Assembly (NCBI GenBank): GCA_903916675.1
Contig: CAIWXQ010000008.1
Span: forward strand, 48,270 to 112,269
DNA: 64,000 nt
Source of the DNA: an uncultured bacterium
Lineage (GTDB): Bacteria > Verrucomicrobiota > Kiritimatiellia > RFP12 > CAIWXQ01
Direction: 5' to 3'
Both the position numbers and the translations under genes were made by a program. This document shows positions 30,485-39,796 of this stretch, piece by piece. A model generated the notes under the pieces. That model was given only the letters and a program-made list of their open reading frames with translations, had not been told where the DNA came from and made no database searches. How positions within the stretch are numbered: the stretch's first letter is position 1; each line of letters opens with the position of its first letter.

Positions 30485-30600
30485 GGACACGAAGACGAGG
30501 AAGCGGACCGAAGGGATGCGAAGGGCCCGTCGGCGCGCCGTCCGGCGCGCGGCAATAATCCTTCGTGCTCTTCGGCTTCCCTTCTTTTTCCTTCGTGTCC
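30485..30600. repeat. Palindromic MITE/REP-like element, B-type (GGACACGAAG...CTTCGTGTCC), intergenic
   Basis: Left arm GGACACGAAGACGAGGAAGCGGACCGAAGGGATGCGAAGG, a GC-rich loop, then right arm CCTTCGTGCTCTTCGGCTTCCCTTCTTTTTCCTTCGTGTCC. Confidence 0.55.
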
Positions 30601-30672
30601 CGAACCGGATTGCGAATTCTTTTTTGACGCTCCGTCTACCCCGGTGATATGGTGCGGGCGTTGGGGTTAACG

Positions 30673-31617
30673 ATGTCCAAGCGTATTCTCATTCTCAGTG
30701 ACGGCAAGGCCGGACACGAAAACCAGTCGCGCGCGCTGTGCGATGGGCTGGGTGTGCCGTATGAGGTGGCGCGCGTCGCCTACCCCTGGCGCCTCGCCAA
30801 GGCTGCGACCTATTTGTGGGACCTGCTCGGCATCCGGTCCCGCCGCTGGTTCGACGTCACGCCGTTCGAGGGAACTTTCGACGCCGTGATTGGTGCAGGC
30901 TCCGGAACCTTCTTCCCCGTCAAGGTGCTGGCGCGCAAGCTGAAGATCCCCTGCGCAGCAATTCTTTTCCCGCGCGGCTATCGCCTCGACTACGACTGCA
31001 TCGTGGCGCCGGCATTCGACAACCCGCCGCCGCTGATGAATCTCGTCCCGGTCCCCGTCAACCTGACCAACACCAATGCCGATTTCTATGAGAAAGGCAC
31101 TGCCGCCTTCCTCCGGCGCCACACGCCATCAGGCCGTCCGGCCGTCGGACTGATCCTGGGGGGGCCGAACCCCTTCGCCCGCATGGACCCCGACGACATG
31201 GCCCGCCAGCTCGACCGCATCTTTGCCGCAACCGACGGCTGCGAGCGGTGGGTCACCACCTCGCGCCGCACGCCGCTTGCCGTGGAGGACCTGGTGGATC
31301 GCCTGCCGTTCGATTTCAAGGCGATCTACAGCCGCGACCAGTTCAACCCGCTCCCCGCCTTCGTGACACGCTGCGAGACGCTCTTCGTGACGAGCGACTC
31401 CACCGGCATGATCAGCGAGGCGGTCACGCGCGGCAACGCCCGCGTGGAGATCGTCATGAACCTGCGCCGGACCGACTCCAAGTTTGGCCGGCTGGTACGC
31501 AATCTGGCGCGCGACGGCCACGCGCACATCTTCGACGGCACGCTGGGCAACGCCCGCCGCAAGATTGACCTCGCCCCTGCCCTGGCGCGCGCAGCCACGC
31601 TGCTGAAACTTGGCTAG
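30673..31617 (+). CDS. ELM1/DUF1022-family protein (predicted nucleotide-sugar-dependent glycosyltransferase-like fold)
   Basis: N-terminal KRILILSDGKAGHENQSRAL resembles ELM1/GtrOC-like proteins. The assignment is tentative. Confidence 0.5.
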   Translation: MSKRILILSDGKAGHENQSRALCDGLGVPYEVARVAYPWRLAKAATYLWDLLGIRSRRWFDVTPFEGTFDAVIGAGSGTFFPVKVLARKLKIPCAAILFPRGYRLDYDCIVAPAFDNPPPLMNLVPVPVNLTNTNADFYEKGTAAFLRRHTPSGRPAVGLILGGPNPFARMDPDDMARQLDRIFAATDGCERWVTTSRRTPLAVEDLVDRLPFDFKAIYSRDQFNPLPAFVTRCETLFVTSDSTGMISEAVTRGNARVEIVMNLRRTDSKFGRLVRNLARDGHAHIFDGTLGNARRKIDLAPALARAATLLKLG

Positions 31618-31692
31618 CGCATTTTCGGCACTTCCGTCGCAGCTGTTTGCAGCGCAATCGGCCTGGCTGGCCCGGCTGTGGCGACGCCTGCG

Positions 31693-33753
31693 TCACGCTC
31701 CGTCAGCCGCCCATATGATCGTCGGGGCTCGCACAAACTGTGCATGCGTGCGAATCCGGTTCTCAAACTCGGCAACCGCCTCCGGCACCACGCCGGCAGG
31801 AATTCGGGCGCCACTGCGCTCCCAGCGGTCCAGCCACTGTCGACCCAGAAGCGCAGGAGGTGGATGCCCCACGCTTTGCAGACAACTGCGGTGCGTGCCG
31901 GCCACGGTCGTTTCCTCCTTGGGCGCAACGGACACGCCCTGCGCCACATGAAATCCGGCCCACAACAACGCGGCGCGGACTGCGGTGGATGCGGAATACG
32001 TGTACAGGAGCGTGTCGCCGCCCGCCGCTGCGTGGAAAATCCGCGCGAAGGTTTCCAGTGTCCAGAGCCGCGCGTCGGTTTTGTACGAGAAGGGGTCGTA
32101 GAAAATCAGGTCCGGCCGGTCAGCCGCCGACAGGCGCGTTAGAAAATCCCCTTCGAGCAAGGTCCAGCGAAGCCCTCCGGAGGCGTGCTCCCAGCGGGCA
32201 TTCCGCAGGATGGCGCTGGGCGCGGGCGAGTGCAGGTGCGGAAAGAAAGCCGCATGCCGAACCGCAAGCCGCAGGGGATCAAGGTCACACTCGAAGCTGA
32301 TGAGGTGCAATCGCCGCGGCGGCGTGCCGCCGGGCGCGGCCAGAACCGCCTCCATGCACCGGATCGCCGCCATTGCGTTGGTGGCCGCGCCAAGACCCAC
32401 GTCCCAGATGACCAACTCCGGCGCGCCGGACACACGCAGCCGCGCCTCCAGACACGACTGGTCGACATACAGCCGCCGGGCTTCGTCCATCGGGTTCCCG
32501 ACCGGATGCATGACCTCGCCGGAGCTTTTCTGCCGGATGCTTGAAAATCCCCGCTGCGACGTCACCACCTCGTAGTTGCCGAGCGCCATACGGCGTGGGG
32601 TCGACGCCTTCGGCGGCCGCACGCCCGATTCGCCACCGTCCATGCGCGCCCACCGGTCGCGCCGGTCATGATAGTAGTCGACAAAGGTGCCGCCCAGGAT
32701 GCGTTCGCGGATCTCCTGCATCATGCGGTGGTAGAAATGGAGGTTGTGCTGCCCCAGCAACTGCCAGCCCAGCACCTCGTTGGCCTTGATGAGGTGGTGG
32801 AGGTAGGCGCGCGCGTACCGGCGGCAGGTCGGACACAAGCAGGCCGGATCCACCGGCTGATCCTGCAGCCGATAGAAGCCGCGCCGCAACTGCAGCCGCC
32901 CCTCCGACGTGTAGACGGTGCCGCGTTGCGCCAGTGAAGTGGGAATGATGCAGTCGAACATGTCCACGCCACGGTGTACCGCTTCGAGGATGTCGAGGGG
33001 CGTTCCCACGCCCATCAGATAACGCGGGCGGTCGCGGGGGAGGCCGGCCACGGTCGCGGCTGTCAAATCCTCGCGCTGCTCTTTGCTCTCGCCCACGGCG
33101 AGCCCGCCCACGGCAAAGCCGTCGAATGGCAGGCTGGCGATGCCTGCGGCGCTGCGCGCGCGCAGGTCCGGAAACGCCGCACCCTGCACAATTCCAAACA
33201 ACGCCTGCGGAGAGTCGCCTCGCGCCGCCAGGCTGCGCTGCGCCCACCGATGCGTGCGATCCACGGCGGCTTCTGCCGCGTCGCGCCCGGCCGTGGAGGG
33301 AATGCATTGGTCGAGTGCCATCATAATGTCGCTGCCGATCTCGCGCTGAACAGCAAGGCTCGCTTCGGGCGAGAGCAGGAACCAGCGGCCGTCGACGTAA
33401 CTCTGGAACCGCGCGCCTTCCTCGGTCAGCGTGCAGGCGTGCGGCAGGGAGAAGATCTGGTAGCCGCCGGAATCCGTCAGCACGGGGCGGTCCCAGTCCA
33501 TGAAGCGATGAATACCACCGAACCGACGGAACACCTCCACGCCCGGGCGCAGCATCAGGTGATAGGTGTTGGCCAGCAGCACGGTGAAGCCGGCTGCACG
33601 CAGCGCATCCATTTGCTGCGCCTTGACCGTGGCCTGTGTTCCTACGGGCATGAACACCGGCGTAACCACCGGGCCATGCCGGGTCTCGAAGGCCGCAGCG
33701 CGCGCGCCCGATCCGGCAGCCTCGGCCGCAAGGGTGAAATTCAGACGCGACAT
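31693..33753 (-). CDS. tgt: Queuine tRNA-ribosyltransferase fused to a C-terminal MnmC-like (DUF752) methyltransferase domain
   Basis: The N-terminal 380 aa are canonical Tgt (FETRHGPVVTPVFMPVGT, LTDSGGYQ, zinc site CLCPTCRRYARAYLHHL). The C-terminal 230 aa align to MnmC's N-terminal MTase (WDVGLGAATN, LHLISFE, DLIFYDPFSYKTDARLWT, TYSAS). Confidence 0.8.
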   Translation of the reverse strand: MSRLNFTLAAEAAGSGARAAAFETRHGPVVTPVFMPVGTQATVKAQQMDALRAAGFTVLLANTYHLMLRPGVEVFRRFGGIHRFMDWDRPVLTDSGGYQIFSLPHACTLTEEGARFQSYVDGRWFLLSPEASLAVQREIGSDIMMALDQCIPSTAGRDAAEAAVDRTHRWAQRSLAARGDSPQALFGIVQGAAFPDLRARSAAGIASLPFDGFAVGGLAVGESKEQREDLTAATVAGLPRDRPRYLMGVGTPLDILEAVHRGVDMFDCIIPTSLAQRGTVYTSEGRLQLRRGFYRLQDQPVDPACLCPTCRRYARAYLHHLIKANEVLGWQLLGQHNLHFYHRMMQEIRERILGGTFVDYYHDRRDRWARMDGGESGVRPPKASTPRRMALGNYEVVTSQRGFSSIRQKSSGEVMHPVGNPMDEARRLYVDQSCLEARLRVSGAPELVIWDVGLGAATNAMAAIRCMEAVLAAPGGTPPRRLHLISFECDLDPLRLAVRHAAFFPHLHSPAPSAILRNARWEHASGGLRWTLLEGDFLTRLSAADRPDLIFYDPFSYKTDARLWTLETFARIFHAAAGGDTLLYTYSASTAVRAALLWAGFHVAQGVSVAPKEETTVAGTHRSCLQSVGHPPPALLGRQWLDRWERSGARIPAGVVPEAVAEFENRIRTHAQFVRAPTIIWAADGA

Positions 33754-33760
33754 CCGTCTC

Positions 33761-35329
33761 CTACGGCCTGGCTTCCGCCGTGAGGCGGCGCAGATCGGGA
33801 ATGCGATAACTCTGCGCAATGCGCGTGTTCGCCTCGTTGCGCTGCGCGGGATCGAGCACCATGTCCACACCGCGCCCCTCGAGGGTCAGTTGCCGGATAC
33901 CGCGGTCGCGGTCCACCACGCGCGCGACATCCCGCAGGTTGCGCACCGGCTCGCCATTGACAGCAGTAACGATCTCGTCGCGCAGCTCCTGGTAGCCGAC
34001 GTTCGCCGGGTCCGGCAGCACGCCGGACAGGATCACGATACGGTCGCCGACGCACGCGGGCTGCTCGCTGCGCGCGAGGTAGAGGTGTGACAGTCGCAGG
34101 CCGGCCGAGGGTCCGCCGCTTCGGCCGCCGGAGCGCAGATAACGCCCGGTGAGCTCGCGCAGGACCAACCCTTCCTCCACGAGGTAGTCCGGTGGCGCGC
34201 CGATGGTGTTCTCGGGGATCAGAGCGTCTTCGTCGTTGCGCGGGCGCAGTGCAACCTCGGCCTGCTGCAGCCGCCCCTCTCGCACGAATTCGATTGGCAC
34301 GCGCTCGCCGGCGCGGCGGCGTCCCTCGATGGCATGGCTGAGGCGTGTCCGGCCGTAGTCCGGATCCTGATAAAACCCCTGCTCGTCGATCGCGAACCCG
34401 TCCCAGCGCAGCAGGATGTCGTTCGGCTTGAGCGTGCCGGAGACGGTCGCATTGGAAAACACGTCGAGCACCTGCACACCGCCCGACTCCCCGGGCAGGC
34501 TGAAGTAGCGGCGCTTGGCCGCGTCCACCAGCGGCGTCCACCGAAAGCCGCCGCTGGGCGGCGCCAGATACACAGGTTCCGAGACCGCCCGCAGGAAGCG
34601 CGCCAGCACTGGTGCGGGAAGCACGAACCCGGTCTGGTGCTGGGCGTCGTAGCGCATCATGATCCCGGCCAGGCCACCGTCGCCATAGACCGGCGCGCCA
34701 GGATTCTGCACACGCAGGTCCGACAGCACGCGGAGCGTCAGGACTGCGGCGGGCGCGGAGGGGAGAGCCTCCACGCCGATCTCGACGATGCGTCCTGCGC
34801 CTTCCTGCCGCAGGCCGGAGTCGTCGTATTGCACGATGCGCGTCCGGGCGCCGCGCGCCACGTTGGTGGCCAGCGCCACCGGCACCAGCTCGCGACAGAA
34901 GGCGGGATCGTCGACTGCCAGCAGCGCCACAGCCAACCGCGGATCCACCTGCCGGATCGTGGCGGCGTGCTTGACGGCCTGGCCGGGCTGGCGCAATTCG
35001 ACCAGCGTGGCCTGCCGGATCAATTCCTCGGTGGTCAGGACGCGGCCGGCATCGATGACCACGCCGTATCCCTGCCGGAATTGCGGCCGGCTGAGCCGCC
35101 AGGGCATATGCTCATCGCTGGTCTGGCAGGTCACTAGGACGTCCACCACCTGCACACCGCCGCCGGGCGTTTCCGCGGCGGCGCAGATGATTGACGGCAT
35201 CACCAGCACAAGAGCCAGCCCGAGCGCCAGGTAGCGTGGCAAGTCCCCTCGCCTCCGGAATCCGGCGCGCCAGAGGCTGCGCGCCCTACCCGGCTTGTGC
35301 AGATTGTGAAACATACGGTTTCTCCTCAA
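33761..35329 (-). CDS. S1C-like (trypsin/HtrA-fold) protein with PDZ-like region; catalytic His and Ser apparently substituted (pseudo-protease)
   Basis: Paralog of the upstream gene. The positions matching TNAHV and GNSGGP read TTEEL and GDGGLAG. Confidence 0.55.
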   Translation of the reverse strand: MRRNRMFHNLHKPGRARSLWRAGFRRRGDLPRYLALGLALVLVMPSIICAAAETPGGGVQVVDVLVTCQTSDEHMPWRLSRPQFRQGYGVVIDAGRVLTTEELIRQATLVELRQPGQAVKHAATIRQVDPRLAVALLAVDDPAFCRELVPVALATNVARGARTRIVQYDDSGLRQEGAGRIVEIGVEALPSAPAAVLTLRVLSDLRVQNPGAPVYGDGGLAGIMMRYDAQHQTGFVLPAPVLARFLRAVSEPVYLAPPSGGFRWTPLVDAAKRRYFSLPGESGGVQVLDVFSNATVSGTLKPNDILLRWDGFAIDEQGFYQDPDYGRTRLSHAIEGRRRAGERVPIEFVREGRLQQAEVALRPRNDEDALIPENTIGAPPDYLVEEGLVLRELTGRYLRSGGRSGGPSAGLRLSHLYLARSEQPACVGDRIVILSGVLPDPANVGYQELRDEIVTAVNGEPVRNLRDVARVVDRDRGIRQLTLEGRGVDMVLDPAQRNEANTRIAQSYRIPDLRRLTAEARP

Positions 35330-35332
35330 AAA

Positions 35333-36838
35333 TTAGTTTTCGCTTCGCGAAACCGATCGCAGCCGCGTCATGCCCGGAACCTCGTACCGGCGGCGGATCT
35401 GCTCGTCAGCAAGGCGCGCCTGCACGGCGTCCAGCACCAGCGGATTTTCCGTCCCCTCGAAGCGGATGACATGGAAGCCGTTCGTGGGCTCGCGCAGCGC
35501 GGCGACGAGGTCGGCCAGCGCGCCGATGCGGCGGCCGTTCGTCTCGGTTACCACTTGGTAGCGGAACGATTCATCGTAGGTGTTCACCGGGTGCGGCAGG
35601 CGGTTGGCGAGCACGACGAACTGCGTGCGTCCGCGGTACAGCCCCTCCGGCTTGGCGAAGATTGAAAGGTAGTAGAGGCTGTGCGCAGCGCGGTTTTCGG
35701 CGTCGCCGCCGATGGCGCCAAGCAGGTTGCGCGACAGAGGCATGAAAACCAACCCGCCGACGATGTGGTATTCCGGCGGCTCGTCGTACTGGATGCGGTA
35801 GCAGAAGGGGTCAGGCGGATTACGCAGCGGTATCTCGACGTTCGTCACCACGCCGCTGCGCGCGACGTCGACCCGGATGGCCTCTCCCCACTGCTTGCGC
35901 TCGACCAGCTCGCCGAATTCGACCGTGTTGCCATCCAGCACGATGGTGCCGTCGCTGGCGATCGACTGCCCCTCGGCACGCAGCAGAACATCGCCGTTGT
36001 GCAGATGCCCGTAGGCGGCGCCGTAGGGATCGAGCCAATCCACCGCCACGCCGCCACTGTCCGGCGCGAGGCGCAGCGCGCGGCGCAGGGCGGGGTTGCG
36101 GGTGTCGAAGGTGCGGACACCCAGCTCGGGATAGCCGTGATAGCGGCCGTCGGCCACGTCGCGCAGCATATGGTGGATCACGGGGAACGGGATGGCGTAG
36201 CCGATGTTCTGGGCGCCCGAGACGCCCTGAAACGCAACCCCGACCACGCGGCCGTCCAGCAAAACCGGCCCGCCGCTGTTGCCGGGATTGATGGCTGCGT
36301 CGATCTGCACCACGAGGTGTGAGTCGACCTCCGAATGGGAGTAGCCGCTGTAGTCAATGCGCGAGACCACGCCGCGGGTCAGCGACAGGCGCGTGCCGCC
36401 CATGGGAAAGCCGAGGGCTATGACCTCGTCATTCAAGTTGGGCAGGTCGCTCGCAAAGCGAATCGGCCGGGAGTCCTCGTAGAACGCGGGGTCGTCCACG
36501 GTCAGGATGGCGAGGTCGCAGTCGTGCGCCACGAACGCCACGTGCGCCGGGAAACGCCGCGTGTCGCCGTCACGCTGCGCCTCGATGAAGGTGGCATCGG
36601 AAATCACGTGCGCGTTGGTGAGAATCCGCCGCTTCTCGACGATGAACCCCGAGCCGCTGCCGTGTTCAGGCTGCGCGGCCTGCCAGGGTTGTAGGTAGTC
36701 GTGACGCTGAATCGTCACGTAGATTTTGACCACCGAGCGCCGCAGGTCGTCGAGCGAGGCGGCCGCGCGAGGCGGCTGCGCCAGCGCCAGCAGCGCCGCG
36801 GCGCACAACAGGCCACGCCGGAGGATGCATGTGTTCAT
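35333..36838 (-). CDS. Secreted trypsin-like serine protease (S1C/HtrA-like) with a C-terminal PDZ-like region
   Basis: Signal peptide from MNTCILRRGLLCAAALLALA. Catalytic triad context: TNAHV, DLAIL, GNSGGPV. Confidence 0.75.
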   Translation of the reverse strand: MNTCILRRGLLCAAALLALAQPPRAAASLDDLRRSVVKIYVTIQRHDYLQPWQAAQPEHGSGSGFIVEKRRILTNAHVISDATFIEAQRDGDTRRFPAHVAFVAHDCDLAILTVDDPAFYEDSRPIRFASDLPNLNDEVIALGFPMGGTRLSLTRGVVSRIDYSGYSHSEVDSHLVVQIDAAINPGNSGGPVLLDGRVVGVAFQGVSGAQNIGYAIPFPVIHHMLRDVADGRYHGYPELGVRTFDTRNPALRRALRLAPDSGGVAVDWLDPYGAAYGHLHNGDVLLRAEGQSIASDGTIVLDGNTVEFGELVERKQWGEAIRVDVARSGVVTNVEIPLRNPPDPFCYRIQYDEPPEYHIVGGLVFMPLSRNLLGAIGGDAENRAAHSLYYLSIFAKPEGLYRGRTQFVVLANRLPHPVNTYDESFRYQVVTETNGRRIGALADLVAALREPTNGFHVIRFEGTENPLVLDAVQARLADEQIRRRYEVPGMTRLRSVSRSEN

Positions 36839-36933
36839 GGGGAAAATCGTAACACAGTTCCTGCCGGCGACGGAATTCTGGTGGCTAGTCATATGGGGGC
36901 CCAGTTGTACGAGGCGTTTGTGTAATCGGCGGA

Positions 36934-37710
36934 TTATGGCACCAGCCGCAGAAGATAGTCGCACCAGGCGTCCATGCCTGCTCCGGTCTGGGCGCTGAGT
37001 TCGAATGTGAAGACGCCGGGGTGCACGCTCTGGATCGCGCGACGACAGGCGGCGAGATCCCAGTCGAGGTGCGGCGTAAGGTCCATCTTGGTCAGCACTA
37101 CCACCTGCGCACCGGCGAAGAGCGTCGGGTACTTCACCGGTTTGTCCTCGCCCTCCGTGGCGGAGAGGAGCGCCACCTGGAAGTTTTCGCCCAGGTCGAA
37201 GGCCGCGGGGCAGACGAGGTTACCGACGTTCTCGATGAAGAGGAGCTTCGTTTCCGGTCGCACCACGCGGGGGAGGACCTCGGCCACGCGCGCGGCATCG
37301 AGGTGACAGGCGTCGTGCGTCTCGATCTGCTCCACCGGCACGCCGGTGCGTGCGATGCGGCGCTTGTCGTTGTCGGTCTGCTGATCGCCGGTGATCACGG
37401 CCACGCCGAGGCGGTCCTTCAGCCGCGCCACGGTCTTCTCGAGCAGGAGGGTCTTGCCGGTGCCGGGCGAGGAGATCAGGTTCAGCGCCACGATGCCGCG
37501 CTCCTTCAACCAGGCGCGGTTGCGGACGGCGATCTCGTCGTTGCGCGCCAGCACGCGCCGCTCCACGGTCACCGTGCGCAGCGCCGGGGCGTGCTGGTGG
37601 TCATGGTCGTGCGGCTGCGCATGGTCATGCGCGTGCACCGTGCCGTCGGCGTGCCGGTGTGTGTGCCGGTTCCACTTCCCCGCCTCTTCGCAGCCGCAAT
37701 CCTTGCACAT
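36934..37710 (-). CDS. hypB: Hydrogenase nickel incorporation GTPase HypB
   Basis: MCKDCGC N-terminus, a His-rich stretch (HTHRHADGTVHAHDHAQPHDHDHQH), a GTP P-loop (ISSPGTGKT) and the CH motif. Confidence 0.85.
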   Translation of the reverse strand: MCKDCGCEEAGKWNRHTHRHADGTVHAHDHAQPHDHDHQHAPALRTVTVERRVLARNDEIAVRNRAWLKERGIVALNLISSPGTGKTLLLEKTVARLKDRLGVAVITGDQQTDNDKRRIARTGVPVEQIETHDACHLDAARVAEVLPRVVRPETKLLFIENVGNLVCPAAFDLGENFQVALLSATEGEDKPVKYPTLFAGAQVVVLTKMDLTPHLDWDLAACRRAIQSVHPGVFTFELSAQTGAGMDAWCDYLLRLVP

Positions 37711-37790
37711 GGTCCGTCTTCCTTCCCAAAGTCCCTGGCCTTCGGGTGAATGCACAGGTATCCGTCTTGCAACCGATGATAAACCTCATC

Positions 37791-37862
37791 GGGGTCGGCG
37801 TCGCTATCGGTATCGGGGTCGAGCATGTAATCGATACCGATTCCGATAGCGACCCCGACCCC
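37791..37862. repeat. ATCGG-hexamer palindromic hairpin element (copy 2), between hypA and hypB
   Basis: GGGGTCGGCGTCGCTATCGGTATCG-(16 nt)-CGATACCGATTCCGATAGCGACCCCGACCCC forms a roughly 25-bp imperfect inverted repeat. Confidence 0.45.
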
Positions 37863-37920
37863 GAAAGATTTTCCGCAGCTTTGGGCGAAAACCAGCCGCC
37901 TTGTCACCTTCTGCAGACAA

Positions 37921-38277
37921 TCAACCCTCACCTGCCCCGATCACCTCCACCGACACGATCTCGAATTCCCGACCGGCCGTGACGCGCACGCGGTGCGAAT
38001 CGCAAGCGCCGCACGTCAGGAATATCTTCCCCGGCGTGGTGCGCCGGCCGCAGTCGTCGCAGACGATCTCTGCAGGGGCCACTTCGAACTCCAGCTTTGC
38101 ATGTTCCGCGCGCGTTCCCTCGGCCGCCAGCGGGAAGGCGAACTCGAACGCCTCGCGGTTCACGCCGGCGAGCGCGCCAAGGCGCAGCCGGATCGCCTCC
38201 ACCGCCGTCGCCCGCTCGGCTTCGCAGACCCGTTCCACCTGTTCAACCAAGGCGGTGGCTAATGACAATTCGTGCAT
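37921..38277 (-). CDS. hypA: Hydrogenase maturation nickel metallochaperone HypA
   Basis: 118 aa; MHELSLA N-terminus and a CxxC...CxxC zinc site (CDDCGR...CGAC). Confidence 0.85.
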   Translation of the reverse strand: MHELSLATALVEQVERVCEAERATAVEAIRLRLGALAGVNREAFEFAFPLAAEGTRAEHAKLEFEVAPAEIVCDDCGRRTTPGKIFLTCGACDSHRVRVTAGREFEIVSVEVIGAGEG

Positions 38278-38280
38278 CTT

Positions 38281-39291
38281 CTAACAAATCCTGGGCAGCA
38301 CTTCGCCCTGCGGCACGTCCACCAACCGGTGGCCGCCCATGAGCGTCTCGAGCGAGACCTGTCCGCCGCGCGAGTCAACCACGCCGATTTGCGCGGCCTG
38401 CGCACCTTCGGGAAGCGCGCGCCAGGCAGCCAGGGCGGCGTCTGCCGCGTCCGCAGCGACCATTGCCAGCACGCGCCCCTCGCAGGCCACATCCAGCAGA
38501 TCGAGCCCGAGCAGCTCGGCCGCGGCGCGCGTGCCAGGTGCAAACGGCAGCGTTGCCTCGCGCAACCGGACGCCAACCGGGCGGCCTTCGACGATCTCGT
38601 TCGTCACAGCCGCCACGCCGCCGCGCGTGGGGTCGCGCAGGAAGCGCACCTGAGGGGCGATGGGCGCGAGCGCCGTGACCAGGCGGTGCACGGGCGCGCT
38701 GTCGCTGACCGGACCGTTGCGGATGCCGATCCCCTGACGCGCGCAGAGCACGGCCATGCCGTGGTCGCCCAGCGTGCCGCTGACGAGCACGGCGTCGCCG
38801 GGCCGGAGCGTGTCCGGGTCGAGGCAAAACCCCGGGAGCGGCTCGCCCAGGCCGGCGGTGTTGATGTAGAGCCGGTCGCACTGGCCGCGCGCGACCACCT
38901 TGGTGTCGCCGGTGGCGATGGTCACGCCACAGGCCGCTGCTGCGGCGGCGGCAGAATCGAGGATTCGGCGCAGGAGGTCCAGCGGCAACCCCTCCTCGAG
39001 GATCAGCGCCAGCGAGAGCCAGCGCGGCCGGCCGCCGCTGACGGCGATGTCATTCACCGTGCCGTGCACGGCGAGGCTGCCGATGTCACCGCCGGGAAAT
39101 TCGACCGGCTGTACCACGTAGCTATCGGTCGTGAAGATGGCCTCGCCGGCGGCGAACGGCACGCGCGCCGCATCCGGCAGACCCCGCAGCGGGCCGGCAC
39201 CGAAACGCGGCACGATCTCGTCGCGGATCAGGTTGCGCGACAGGACACCGCCGCCGCCGTGGGAGAGCTGGATTGTGTTGGAAGACGTCAT
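38281..39291 (-). CDS. hypE: Hydrogenase expression/formation protein HypE
   Basis: 336 aa; AIR-synthase-like fold ending in the conserved PRIC C-terminus. Confidence 0.9.
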   Translation of the reverse strand: MTSSNTIQLSHGGGGVLSRNLIRDEIVPRFGAGPLRGLPDAARVPFAAGEAIFTTDSYVVQPVEFPGGDIGSLAVHGTVNDIAVSGGRPRWLSLALILEEGLPLDLLRRILDSAAAAAAACGVTIATGDTKVVARGQCDRLYINTAGLGEPLPGFCLDPDTLRPGDAVLVSGTLGDHGMAVLCARQGIGIRNGPVSDSAPVHRLVTALAPIAPQVRFLRDPTRGGVAAVTNEIVEGRPVGVRLREATLPFAPGTRAAAELLGLDLLDVACEGRVLAMVAADAADAALAAWRALPEGAQAAQIGVVDSRGGQVSLETLMGGHRLVDVPQGEVLPRIC

Positions 39292-39479
39292 GTCGTATCC
39301 AAGAGGCAGACCACACAGATTTGGGCAATCATAGCAGAACGGCGGCAGGGCGTAAGAGGCGCAAATCCCGGCGGATGCCTCCCACTTTCGCGTTTGTTCC
39401 CCTACCTTCCGGCGAAAGAGAAAGACGCATCAATCGGACAGAATCGGACATTTTTCTGAAGAAATCCGTATCGCATGGA

Positions 39480-39660
39480 ATGGAGGCGCTGCCTCGTACG
39501 TGAGGCAGGTCTGGGTGGCTGGCTTCATGACCATCTACATGTTACAAAATGTTACACTTTTGAGAATTCATTAAACTTTAACATTATTTGTAAGTGGCTA
39601 CACGGCAAAGAGTTGAAACTTGTAACATGCCATAATTAATCTTTGCGATTCTTTGCGAGC
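39480..39660. promoter_or_regulatory. AT-rich regulatory region upstream of hypE with TGTAACA repeats
   Basis: ATGTTACAAAATGTTACAC is a direct repeat at a 10-bp phase. An inverted copy TTGTAACATG lies about 80 bp away. Confidence 0.3.
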
Positions 39661-39796
39661 GGCCGGGAACGCCTTTCTGCTCCATCCAAGCGAACAAGCG
39701 AACAGCAGATTGATGAATATCCACCCGCCATATACATGGTCCTGCCCGCCCTTGTTGCGGACAGGCAGGACACGTTCGCGCGCGCCTCGCGAACTT

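Noticed and set aside
36925-36945. TGGCAC-N5-GCA sigma-54-like string at the hypB 3' end.
   Set aside because: Poor match to the -12 element (GCAGA versus TTGCA) and wrong strand relative to the downstream protease gene.
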